A stretch of DNA of 64,000 nucleotides. Origin: a virus. The position numbers and the translations under genes are program-made. The stretch lies in the IMG/VR virus record IMGVR_UViG_2788500098_000001; one strand, written 5' to 3'. Shown here one piece after another: positions 56,607 to 64,000 of the stretch (position 1 is its first letter; each line of letters starts with the position of its first letter). The notes under the pieces were generated by a model. It made no database searches. It was not told the origin of the DNA and saw only the letters and a list, made by a program, of their open reading frames with translations.

Positions 56607-57096
56607 TCTTGCTGAAAGCACGCTCGTACTAGCGAAGATACGAGCTCACCACGGTAATGCTCCCATAACTGATTTAGAGGCTCGTACCTTCCAGGAAGAG
56701 CTTCGTGCTGATGCTACCTTGTCGGATGCTTTGGAAGCGGTGAAAAACTTTTACGCGGCTAATACAACAGGCCGCTGGATGCTTAGCGGTGACGTGAATG
56801 CTGGTATACGAGCCATCCGAAAGAAACGACTACCTGAGGAAGCACAGATCGATAAACTCATGGCTCAAGCAAGCATTGACTCGGATCATGCTCTCACCTA
56901 TCGTCGCCAGCTCATTAAAGCAATGAGTATGGGACAGGATATTACACAGGCGCACGCTCTCGCGGTCGAAGCATCACACAGACTGGCTATCGAAGCACCT
57001 AAGCCGGACCACAAGCCCAAACCGGAGAAGCAGCTCACCGGGACGGTTAGAGCCGCAGACATGAACCTTGAAAACATGATTGGAGGAACACTATGA
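56596..57096 (+). CDS. Putative helicase loader/loader-inhibitor-like protein
   Basis: L..LAKI..H..PI..L.A..F..EL..D..L.DA.EAV..FY; directly after the initiator. Confidence 0.5.
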   Translation: MSLNLAESTLVLAKIRAHHGNAPITDLEARTFQEELRADATLSDALEAVKNFYAANTTGRWMLSGDVNAGIRAIRKKRLPEEAQIDKLMAQASIDSDHALTYRRQLIKAMSMGQDITQAHALAVEASHRLAIEAPKPDHKPKPEKQLTGTVRAADMNLENMIGGTL

Positions 57097-57371
57097 GCAG
57101 AATGTATCGACCGAACATGAATCGGATTTTATGGAACATTAGTGAACTAATAATGGATTCTTTATTGGCTGATTTTTTATTTTGGAAGCACGAGTGGGCA
57201 TGGATGGCGTTGGAATTGTTTTTCTGTGCGTTAAGTATTTACTTGATTGTTTTTGAGCTCAGAAATTCATACGTACTTGTCGAATCAGGACATATTGAAG
57301 TTGGATACAACATGGAAATCATTAATTCCCACAAGGAGCGGTATAAGCATAAAGCAAAGGAGATAGCATGA
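57093..57371 (+). CDS. Small membrane protein
   Basis: Coupled, hydrophobic segment. Confidence 0.55.
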   Translation: MSRMYRPNMNRILWNISELIMDSLLADFLFWKHEWAWMALELFFCALSIYLIVFELRNSYVLVESGHIEVGYNMEIINSHKERYKHKAKEIA

Positions 57372-58054
57372 GTACCAAAAAACCAGACAGATTACTGTGG
57401 ATTGATATTGAGACAGGCGGACTAGACCCGAACGAATCCCCATTATTGGAGGTAGAGCTGAGAGTCACTGATCGCATGGCTGCCACAGAATTTGAGCGCA
57501 TCCACCGTCTAGTGTCAATTACTGAGGACAGTCATATCACACTGGACCAGGAAGCTGAAAAAATGCACCGCGAAAACGGGTTAATATGTGACCTGAAAGA
57601 ACAAGGCATTGATTATACACGCCTATACTCCGACCTGTCAGCATTCACTATCCAAGCCAGTAAGCATGCTCACCTCATACCAGCCGGTTCCAGTCCTCAT
57701 TTTGATCTCGAGTGGATGGATAAGCAGTATCCCGGTGCTTTATTCGGTATAAGCCACCAGCATGTGGACGTGAGCAGTATCCATATTTTCCTCGACACCA
57801 TCAACCCCAAACTGATGAACAGTATTCGCAAACATGTCCCGTCTACGAATCATCGCACCTCACAATGTTTGGACCGTGATATAGCACAGTACAAGCTGAT
57901 GCTTGGAACCCTAACCAACATGATAAGTGACACTACTGCGAGCGCACATACTTGCGTGAGCATCTACTCAATGACAGGTGAAGCATTTTCTGATAATCAG
58001 CGTACGCTGCTCTCAATGCCCATGAAACCGTGGGAGGTAAAAAGTAATGCGTGA
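57368..58054 (+). CDS. Oligoribonuclease-like DEDDh exonuclease
   Basis: LLWIDIETGGLD, GSSPHFD, H.HVDVSSI, HR. Confidence 0.85.
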   Translation: MSTKKPDRLLWIDIETGGLDPNESPLLEVELRVTDRMAATEFERIHRLVSITEDSHITLDQEAEKMHRENGLICDLKEQGIDYTRLYSDLSAFTIQASKHAHLIPAGSSPHFDLEWMDKQYPGALFGISHQHVDVSSIHIFLDTINPKLMNSIRKHVPSTNHRTSQCLDRDIAQYKLMLGTLTNMISDTTASAHTCVSIYSMTGEAFSDNQRTLLSMPMKPWEVKSNA

Positions 58055-58271
58055 CATGTTTTGGATAAGCTGTATTAGTTTCTTCATCCTGTTAGACATG
58101 GTTTGCGCGGGAATGGAATACCAACAAGCTGCTTGGGGACATATATTGGTCACAATGTCTTGTGCTTTAGTGTTCGCTTGCACGCTTTATTTGAAGCACT
58201 CCTCAAGGAAGCTGCTTACCAGGATTGTTTCTGAAGACAGGATTAGCTCGATAACAGAGGAACCATTATGA
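58047..58271 (+). CDS. Small membrane protein
   Basis: GGAGG SD, two TMs. Confidence 0.6.
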   Translation: MRDMFWISCISFFILLDMVCAGMEYQQAAWGHILVTMSCALVFACTLYLKHSSRKLLTRIVSEDRISSITEEPL

Positions 58272-58618
58272 GCCAACCGAGTGCAAAGACATGTCGTCTA
58301 GTAGATCGGAGAGATAACTGCCGATGTATCCGATGCGGCAAAAACTTGGAAATGGTAGCTGGTAGTCGTCATCACAGAAGACTGCGCTCGCATCCTTGGC
58401 CGGGCCTACATTTGCCGTCGAATCTCGTACTGCTGTGTGGGTCTGGGGATACGGGCTGCCATGGTTGGGTGCACGCTCACCCGTCAGAAGCCCGTTTAGA
58501 AGGTTATATGGTGCATGCTTGGGAATATCCGCAATCGAAGCCTATTTATACCATGCGCCACGGGTGGGTGCTTTTAGATGATGAGGGTGAATATCACCCA
58601 GTAAACATGAATAACTAA
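58268..58618 (+). CDS. HNH endonuclease
   Basis: RDNCRC.RC, HHRR.RSH, NLVLLCG....GCHG.VH. Confidence 0.88.
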   Translation: MSQPSAKTCRLVDRRDNCRCIRCGKNLEMVAGSRHHRRLRSHPWPGLHLPSNLVLLCGSGDTGCHGWVHAHPSEARLEGYMVHAWEYPQSKPIYTMRHGWVLLDDEGEYHPVNMNN

Positions 58619-58634
58619 CAGAGAGGAGTAAATA

Positions 58635-59045
58635 ATGGATAATGAGGGAAAGAATCTTGGGAAAGTTTTCGCTATTTATAATAGCGAGTATCCGGTTTTC
58701 GGAATTGAGTTTATTCGTGTAGAGGATGAAGATCAGATTTATGAGGTTGCTCAGCAATCAAGTGAGCTTTTTAATGATGAGGAAATTGATGTAATTCGTG
58801 AAAGACTTATAGCGATTCGGGTCGAGTATTTAGATGATTATGAGGATTTAGACTCTCCTGATGCGATTAAAGCTTATTCGCAATACGGATGGCAAACGTC
58901 TGAATCTGAGCTTGTGCCCGATGGGAGTTTATCGGATGGCGACTCGATTAGCAACTCTGATTTATCTACGTATCAAGAAGACCAATACGACCGGTGCGAG
59001 ACAACGTACCCGGATAAATATAACCCCGGGGCGGTGGAAGCATGA
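58635..59045 (+). CDS. Hypothetical protein (paralog of the next gene)
   Basis: Shares LDD..DL.SPD and TYPD.Y.P. Confidence 0.7.
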   Translation: MDNEGKNLGKVFAIYNSEYPVFGIEFIRVEDEDQIYEVAQQSSELFNDEEIDVIRERLIAIRVEYLDDYEDLDSPDAIKAYSQYGWQTSESELVPDGSLSDGDSISNSDLSTYQEDQYDRCETTYPDKYNPGAVEA

Positions 59046-59428
59046 CACAACAAATGAATATCAGCGACAAAGTGTTTGTGGTTATGGCAGGAGATGACCC
59101 TGAGGATACGCAGCTTGTTCGGGCTGAGAGTGCTAATAAGGCAAGGTCTATGTGTGACGGCATGTCGATGGTGGAGTACAGGTATTTGCGTGCTAAGAGG
59201 GTGCCGTGGCTTGATGATTTTGTTGATTTGGGTAGTCCTGACGTGATTATGGCTTGTTTGCGGCATGAGTGGTTTGTGGATAATCATGGTTTTATCCCAG
59301 AGTATAGCGATAACGAGCTTATAGATGCAGACGTTATAGCTGCTGAAGGTGAATCAGGCTATCGACGGTACGCACAGCTTATTGGAGCTACTTACCCGGA
59401 CCGGTATAAGCCCGAGGAGGCGGCATGA
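59042..59428 (+). CDS. Hypothetical protein
   Basis: ATGA coupling. Confidence 0.7.
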   Translation: MTQQMNISDKVFVVMAGDDPEDTQLVRAESANKARSMCDGMSMVEYRYLRAKRVPWLDDFVDLGSPDVIMACLRHEWFVDNHGFIPEYSDNELIDADVIAAEGESGYRRYAQLIGATYPDRYKPEEAA

Positions 59429-59679
59429 GTGAGACAGAGTATGAGGTTGATCGTGCGACTGGCGAAACATGGCATTCTCACGGTGAGGGGGCTGCGATCT
59501 CGCACGAAATCTGGGCTGATGATCCTGCTTTACCGTCCCTTAACGTGACCAAAACAGGCGGGATGCTGTGCGTAGAGCTATACACGGAGCACGGGAGCAT
59601 GAATACCAGCATCAGCGTCACGAATACAAGAAGACTGGCTCAATGGATACTCGAGCACACGAGTGAGGAGGAAGCATGA
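59425..59679 (+). CDS. Hypothetical protein (paralog of 60068-60349)
   Basis: Ends SVTN.RR.AQWILEHTSEEEA. Confidence 0.7.
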   Translation: MSETEYEVDRATGETWHSHGEGAAISHEIWADDPALPSLNVTKTGGMLCVELYTEHGSMNTSISVTNTRRLAQWILEHTSEEEA

Positions 59680-60071
59680 CACGACAGATAGATCATATGG
59701 ATACAGAGAATATGGTATGCCCTTATTGCGGGTATGAGGAGGACGAAACGTTGGAGTATCCCGACTATGGTGTTGAGGAGTGCCCAGAATGCGGGCGTGA
59801 GTTCGTTTTTTCATCGGATACGATACGATACTTCTCTTCATCCAGGTACTCGGGAAGGACTAGTGAAGGGTACGCTTTCGGGCCAAAGATGGGGGCCTCG
59901 CACCTAGTCAAGAAGTGTGGATTGTGCGGCAAGGTGCTCGATAGTGATCACGACTATCCAGCATTGTATCAACGGTGTCCCGTTTGTCAGAAGATCGTAT
60001 GCCATGAGTGTGAGGCGGACCGCAGACCGTGCTGCGAAGAATACAAGCGCTGGAGCGAGGAGGAAGCATGA
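59676..60071 (+). CDS. Multi-Zn-ribbon protein
   Basis: CPYCG, CPECG, CGLCG, CPVC..CHEC. Confidence 0.75.
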   Translation: MTRQIDHMDTENMVCPYCGYEEDETLEYPDYGVEECPECGREFVFSSDTIRYFSSSRYSGRTSEGYAFGPKMGASHLVKKCGLCGKVLDSDHDYPALYQRCPVCQKIVCHECEADRRPCCEEYKRWSEEEA

Positions 60072-60349
60072 AGATCACAGGCGATACGCCACTTAAAGAG
60101 TATTTCGTCGATCAGAACGGTGAAGTATGGCAATATTGCAGATGGCGCACTCTCAATGAAAGAGCTGTGAAATTCAACGAGACCTGGTCTGATGCTCCTA
60201 CTCCGTCTCTTAGTGTTATCAATCTTGACCAAGAGCTGTGTATAGAGATATACACAGAGCAAGGAGGAATAAGTCACAGTCTCAGCGTCACGAATGCGCG
60301 AAGAATGGCTCAATGGATTCTCGAACACACGAGCGAGGAGGAAGCATGA
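60068..60349 (+). CDS. Hypothetical protein (paralog of 59425-59679)
   Basis: Shared C-terminal half. Confidence 0.7.
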   Translation: MKITGDTPLKEYFVDQNGEVWQYCRWRTLNERAVKFNETWSDAPTPSLSVINLDQELCIEIYTEQGGISHSLSVTNARRMAQWILEHTSEEEA

Positions 60350-60534
60350 TAGGCCCAATTATATTACTGATAGCAGCCGTACTTGGCTTCATAGCATCGA
60401 TGATTGCGATGAAGCGGGACGAAAGCGATTCTTATGTTGCACCACGCTTGTGGGGTACCGCAGCGTTTTCTTGTCTCGTAGCCGCATGTGCTGTTTTCTT
60501 TATGATAATGATTAAGGTTTTCGGATGGGCGTAA
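60346..60534 (+). CDS. Small 2-TM protein
   Basis: MIGPIILLI.. Confidence 0.65.
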   Translation: MIGPIILLIAAVLGFIASMIAMKRDESDSYVAPRLWGTAAFSCLVAACAVFFMIMIKVFGWA

Positions 60535-60598
60535 AAACGTTCGAAATAGTGGCAGTTAAAGTGATCATCGACGAAGACCGTTGTACGGGGGAGAAGGC

Positions 60599-60832
60599 AT
60601 GATAGGCAAGATCATTTTGCTGATAGTAGCACTGATTTTCTTCATACTGTACATGATGGCATTGCTACAAATAGTTTGCTACATAGTAAGCATGATGGCA
60701 CTGGCGGCAATGACAGTCCTGTTGCCGCTTGATAGCGAATCGAACAAATTTCTCTTTGTTTGTTCGTCGAGTGCTGCGCTTGGGATTGTCTTGTTGATTA
60801 TGGTTTTTGGCTTGATGTCGAGGTTCGTATGA
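60599..60832 (+). CDS. Small membrane protein (paralog of the previous gene)
   Basis: MIGKIILLI.. Confidence 0.6.
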   Translation: MIGKIILLIVALIFFILYMMALLQIVCYIVSMMALAAMTVLLPLDSESNKFLFVCSSSAALGIVLLIMVFGLMSRFV

Positions 60833-60914
60833 GTGAACAAAGTAAGCAGTCTCACACTTTGCAAAAATATCAAAGTGCAAGACAACCTACCCGAATAAAA
60901 ATAACCCAAGAAAA

Positions 60915-61112
60915 ATGAAAAGCATGGCAGTCAAGATTCGGTTTTTGCTGATATTAGCGATGATTTGTTACACAGCATGGATGGCAACAATGATACTGCA
61001 TGAGTTCTTTGATAAGAAATCAACCAAATTACTCTTGGTTGAGCGGTGGAGTCGCTCGATTGGGATTGTCATATTGATTGACCTAATCACGGTAGCGTGG
61101 ATTCTTGCATGA
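60915..61112 (+). CDS. Small 2-TM protein
   Basis: Two hydrophobic segments. Confidence 0.5.
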   Translation: MKSMAVKIRFLLILAMICYTAWMATMILHEFFDKKSTKLLLVERWSRSIGIVILIDLITVAWILA

Positions 61113-61163
61113 GTATCGAGTATAGGATGTCTTGCTAGCGCTTCATCGGAAATTCGTTAGAAG

Positions 61164-61811
61164 GTGTACCTAATAATGAGGATGCGTGATATAGACGTAC
61201 GACAGGCGATGCGTTCTACGTTGCAACACCGCAAGGAAAATGAGTCGGCACTCATACTGGACGAGTTTGATTTGTGTGGTGAGGTACGAGTCGATATCGC
61301 GGTTCTCAATGGTCATTTATGTGGGTATGAGCTTAAAAGCGCAAGCGACAATCTCAAAAGATTGCCGAAACAGGTGCGATATTATTCAGCGGTGCTGGAC
61401 TATTGCAATCTTGTTGTAGCTGAAAACCATCTTGATGAGGCTTTAAACATGATCCACGACTTCTGGGGAGTATACATCGCAAGACAAACCAGTAATGGAC
61501 GGACCTTCATCAGGAAGCTGCGGAATCCAAAATCAAACAAATCTAATATAGATCCACACGCATTGGTCCAGCTCTTATGGAGAGACGAAACCATTGATAT
61601 TCTGACTCATTACGGTTTCGACCGGGGTGTTCGCTCTAAAACTAGAACTACATGTTGGGACAGGATGGTGGACAGCTTTTCTCTTCCTCAACTACGAAAA
61701 TTGGTACACACCCAGTTAAAGACGCGCACCAATTGGAGGTGTGACAATCTTTCTCTTTCAAACCCAGACACTACGCCAGAAATAGAAGGTCACACGCTGA
61801 CCTGTGATTAG
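61164..61811 (+). CDS. sce7726-family PD-(D/E)xK-like protein
   Basis: MRD.D.R, RVDIAV.NG...GYELKS.SDNL.RLP.Q...YS.V.DY, L.QLLW..E, RTNWR. Confidence 0.85.
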   Translation: MYLIMRMRDIDVRQAMRSTLQHRKENESALILDEFDLCGEVRVDIAVLNGHLCGYELKSASDNLKRLPKQVRYYSAVLDYCNLVVAENHLDEALNMIHDFWGVYIARQTSNGRTFIRKLRNPKSNKSNIDPHALVQLLWRDETIDILTHYGFDRGVRSKTRTTCWDRMVDSFSLPQLRKLVHTQLKTRTNWRCDNLSLSNPDTTPEIEGHTLTCD

Positions 61812-62043
61812 CCTGGATGCGAAGAGCAAGCCAGCGTGGTGAATACTGCTGCTTCGAAAGGCATTCAAGTGCTGTAGAAGTGTGGACTGATAAGTACGGA
61901 ACAAACTGGTTTCAAACATCAAATGGTAAAGAATAGTGTCCCGAACATCATTATGAAGTAACCCCAGCGCTCGCAAGCACGGGAAGAAAAGCATGCAAGT
62001 CATTACAACTTGAAAACATAGATTTAGCATTAGCATATCAATA
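61780..62043 (+). pseudogene. Decayed phage Zn-binding gene fused to the sce7726 3' end
   Basis: TLTCD*PGC..(shift)..W..NWF..E*CPEH, same family pattern as 49276-49566. Confidence 0.55.
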
Positions 62044-62228
62044 ATAACTGTATGCACTCAAAATCGCTGGGTTTTCGCTATTGATTCCAGCATATAGCTG
62101 TCAATATATACCTACCAGATACAGATAGCAACCAGAAAGGACACTAGCATGTTATGTTTGCTTTTATGGACACTATCGTGATATAATAATAACATTAGTT
62201 CATTATTAGACATTGCTTTGGCTATATT

Positions 62229-62273
62229 GAGTTAAGGGTTCTAAGCATGCACTTGGAGCCCTTAACTCTTTTT
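62229..62273 (+). terminator. Intrinsic terminator
   Basis: GAGTTAAGGGTTC..GAGCCCTTAACTC followed by TTTTT. Confidence 0.8.
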
Positions 62274-62393
62274 AATAAGAGTCGTGACTCGACATTTCAG
62301 TTTATAAACATTTGGCTGCCAAACTATCCTAATGAGTATAATTTGAATACATACGTACATCAGATATATTGTTTTACAGACATACTAAGGAGC

Positions 62394-62582
62394 ATGATTA
62401 TGACAATACAATCGCAACAGCTTCCATGGTCTGTACAAATGAACGAGAAATCACGACAACTTTTAGAGAATCCTGAAGAATATTTTCGTAGGGCTGATGA
62501 AAACAATTCCAAGTCTATCAACGAAGAGAAAATTTCTTTCAAGAAACTGTTTTCTCATTTAACTCAGGTCTTCCATTCTTGA
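62394..62582 (+). CDS. Small hypothetical protein
   Basis: AAGGAG SD, TATAAT upstream. Confidence 0.45.
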   Translation: MIMTIQSQQLPWSVQMNEKSRQLLENPEEYFRRADENNSKSINEEKISFKKLFSHLTQVFHS

Positions 62583-62742
62583 GCACAGGCGATGATTAAA
62601 TCATCCTGAGAACAATAAGCTCAACAAGCAGGTTCCATCTAATTTGTTCAGATAAAACCTTTGCATAATGTATTGAATTTACCGTAACACTCTCAGCAGG
62701 TGATATACACAACAACCGCATTAAACAGCATTGAAAAAACAA

Positions 62743-64000
62743 CTACAGCATAATGTCTTTGCTAATCACGTCAGCAACTTCGTTAGTACGTTGTGGCCAC
62801 AGATCAGCATACGTGTCAAGAGTCTCCGTAGCTGAAGCATGCCCCAAAACTGCCTGTAATGTTTTCACATCTGCACCAGCTTTAATAGCCAATGACGCGT
62901 ATGTATGACGCAAGGAATGAACAACCAGACCATCTATGACATCCATACCTGTTTTCTGCAACGCTGGAACCCAAACACGCATCCTCCAATTATTTGTTGT
63001 TTGCCGTCCGCCACGAGGACCACGAAACAGGTAATCCGAATCAGCATGACCAGACAATAACAATCGCAAACAGGGGAGAAGCGGCTCAGGAATAGGTACA
63101 ATCCTCGTCCTATTCCCCTTCGGCAAGGTTTCCACTAAACGCGATTGTGCGTCAATAGACTGCGTCCTTAAAATACGTATACTTCGTGATTTCAAATCAA
63201 CATCAGCACACCGAAGCGCGAGCGCTTCACCTATTCGTATACCCGTGTATGCAAGCACATACACTAAGCTAGCGTTCGGCGCGTCCATTGCATCTGCCAG
63301 TGTTTTTACTTCTGTTGGAGTTAGATATATACGTTGTATTGCTTGTTTAACACGAGGTATCTTGACCGGGTTAACTGGATTATCGTTAATCCAGTGCAAC
63401 CGTACTGCTGTATCAAGTATTGATTTCAAAACAATTTTTACAATGGACCGTATAGAAGCTGCTGCTAACGGGCGAGCCTGGCCTGTTTTCCCAGCATACG
63501 GGGCAGTACCTTGGCCTAATTGAGCTACCCATTGTTGAATACCATCGACTGTGATTTGTCCTACTGGTACCTGTCCCCATCTAGGTAGTATCCATGTTCT
63601 TACTTCTCTGCGGTACCTGGCTTCAGTAGAACCTTTAATGGTCCCAGGTAAGCCTTCTAACCAGATGTCAGCAACCTTGCTCAATGGATTCTTTTTGTCC
63701 TTGTTGTTCACATATTTACCGGACAGAATAGTGTCTTCGCATTCTACTTGAAATAATTCTGCTTCAGAACGGGACGCGAAATTCTTTTTTTGACGTTTAC
63801 CGTCCGACCACCAGTACACGCTCCACCGTAAACCCTTCCCATAATCAGTTGTCCTGAACTCTGTAGGTACAGCGGCTTTCATAGGGTCAGAAGCCCTAGT
63901 TAAAGCGCGTTTTACCTGGCTTGACGGTGCGACCTTTACCTTATTACCGTCGGGTAATGTTGTATAAACACTTTTTAACCAACGGTCGTATATCCATGCT
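62743..64000 (-). CDS. int: Tyrosine recombinase/integrase (5' end beyond the window)
   Basis: TGIRIGEAL (R), HSLRHT (HxxR), LGHAS, TLDTYA (Y); frame stays open to 64000 (..AWIYDRWLK..DPMKA). Confidence 0.95.
   Translation of the reverse strand, partial: AWIYDRWLKSVYTTLPDGNKVKVAPSSQVKRALTRASDPMKAAVPTEFRTTDYGKGLRWSVYWWSDGKRQKKNFASRSEAELFQVECEDTILSGKYVNNKDKKNPLSKVADIWLEGLPGTIKGSTEARYRREVRTWILPRWGQVPVGQITVDGIQQWVAQLGQGTAPYAGKTGQARPLAAASIRSIVKIVLKSILDTAVRLHWINDNPVNPVKIPRVKQAIQRIYLTPTEVKTLADAMDAPNASLVYVLAYTGIRIGEALALRCADVDLKSRSIRILRTQSIDAQSRLVETLPKGNRTRIVPIPEPLLPCLRLLLSGHADSDYLFRGPRGGRQTTNNWRMRVWVPALQKTGMDVIDGLVVHSLRHTYASLAIKAGADVKTLQAVLGHASATETLDTYADLWPQRTNEVADVISKDIML

Larger units (their letters stand above)
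59661..60349 (+). repeat. Junction repeat GAG(C/T)GAGGAGGAAGCATGA x3
   Basis: 59661-59679, 60053-60071, 60331-60349; looser copies end at 59045, 59428 and 60602. Confidence 0.9.
1..64000. mobile_element. Large ICE-like element (T4SS-like transfer region + phage-type replication/recombination operon + tyrosine integrase); boundaries not visible
   Basis: Integrase, VirB4/VirD4/FtsK ATPases, dnaN, ssb and recombinase; no host housekeeping operons; shared promoter motifs from 1.4 kb to 51.9 kb. Confidence 0.85.

Noticed and set aside
62247-62393. 5' part of ORF 62247-62582
   Set aside because: Starts inside a terminator hairpin; the SD supports a start at 62394.
62661-62680. dif-like site (GCATAATGTAT)
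   Set aside because: Matches only the XerC-side portion; the TTATGTTAAA-type XerD arm is missing.
62583-62742. att site or tRNA target next to the integrase
   Set aside because: No tRNA-like sequence and no matching direct repeat found elsewhere in the window.

Overview
This window looks like most of one large integrative/conjugative element (ICE) from an actinobacterium. The protein families resemble Bifidobacteriaceae elements; the host assignment is my inference. No rRNA, tRNA or CRISPR array was seen. From left to right it holds: a Panacea/SocA gene; surface proteins, including a ~1,840-aa LPVTG adhesin; two XRE regulators; a GHKL-ATPase/nuclease cargo gene; an orphan 5'-truncated cas5e plus intact cas6e; a Gram-positive T4SS-like transfer region (VirB2/B3/B4/B6/B8-like, VirD4-like, two FtsK ATPases, two membrane nucleases, a sortase); dnaN and a ParA-like gene; three divergent sigma-70-like proteins; a ~13-kb phage-type recombination/replication operon with no virion genes; an sce7726-family gene; and a tyrosine integrase running off the right edge. 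The main unannotated signal is a private two-class promoter code. Class A is KGACGCATA-N5/6-NGT plus a purine, found in 12 copies before DNA-metabolism, cas and sigma-like genes. Class B is GCATAG exactly 8-9 nt before the ATG of 11 mostly transfer/surface genes (leaderless), plus about 5 leadered copies. Four class-B genes share an N-terminal tag, RKPxxSPGxxGGQ(Y/F)D..DLPxL, and one of them is itself sigma-like. I infer a phage-style early/late sigma cascade, possibly restarted in the recipient by a transferred sigma factor. All family calls come from motif recognition by eye; no database search was run.
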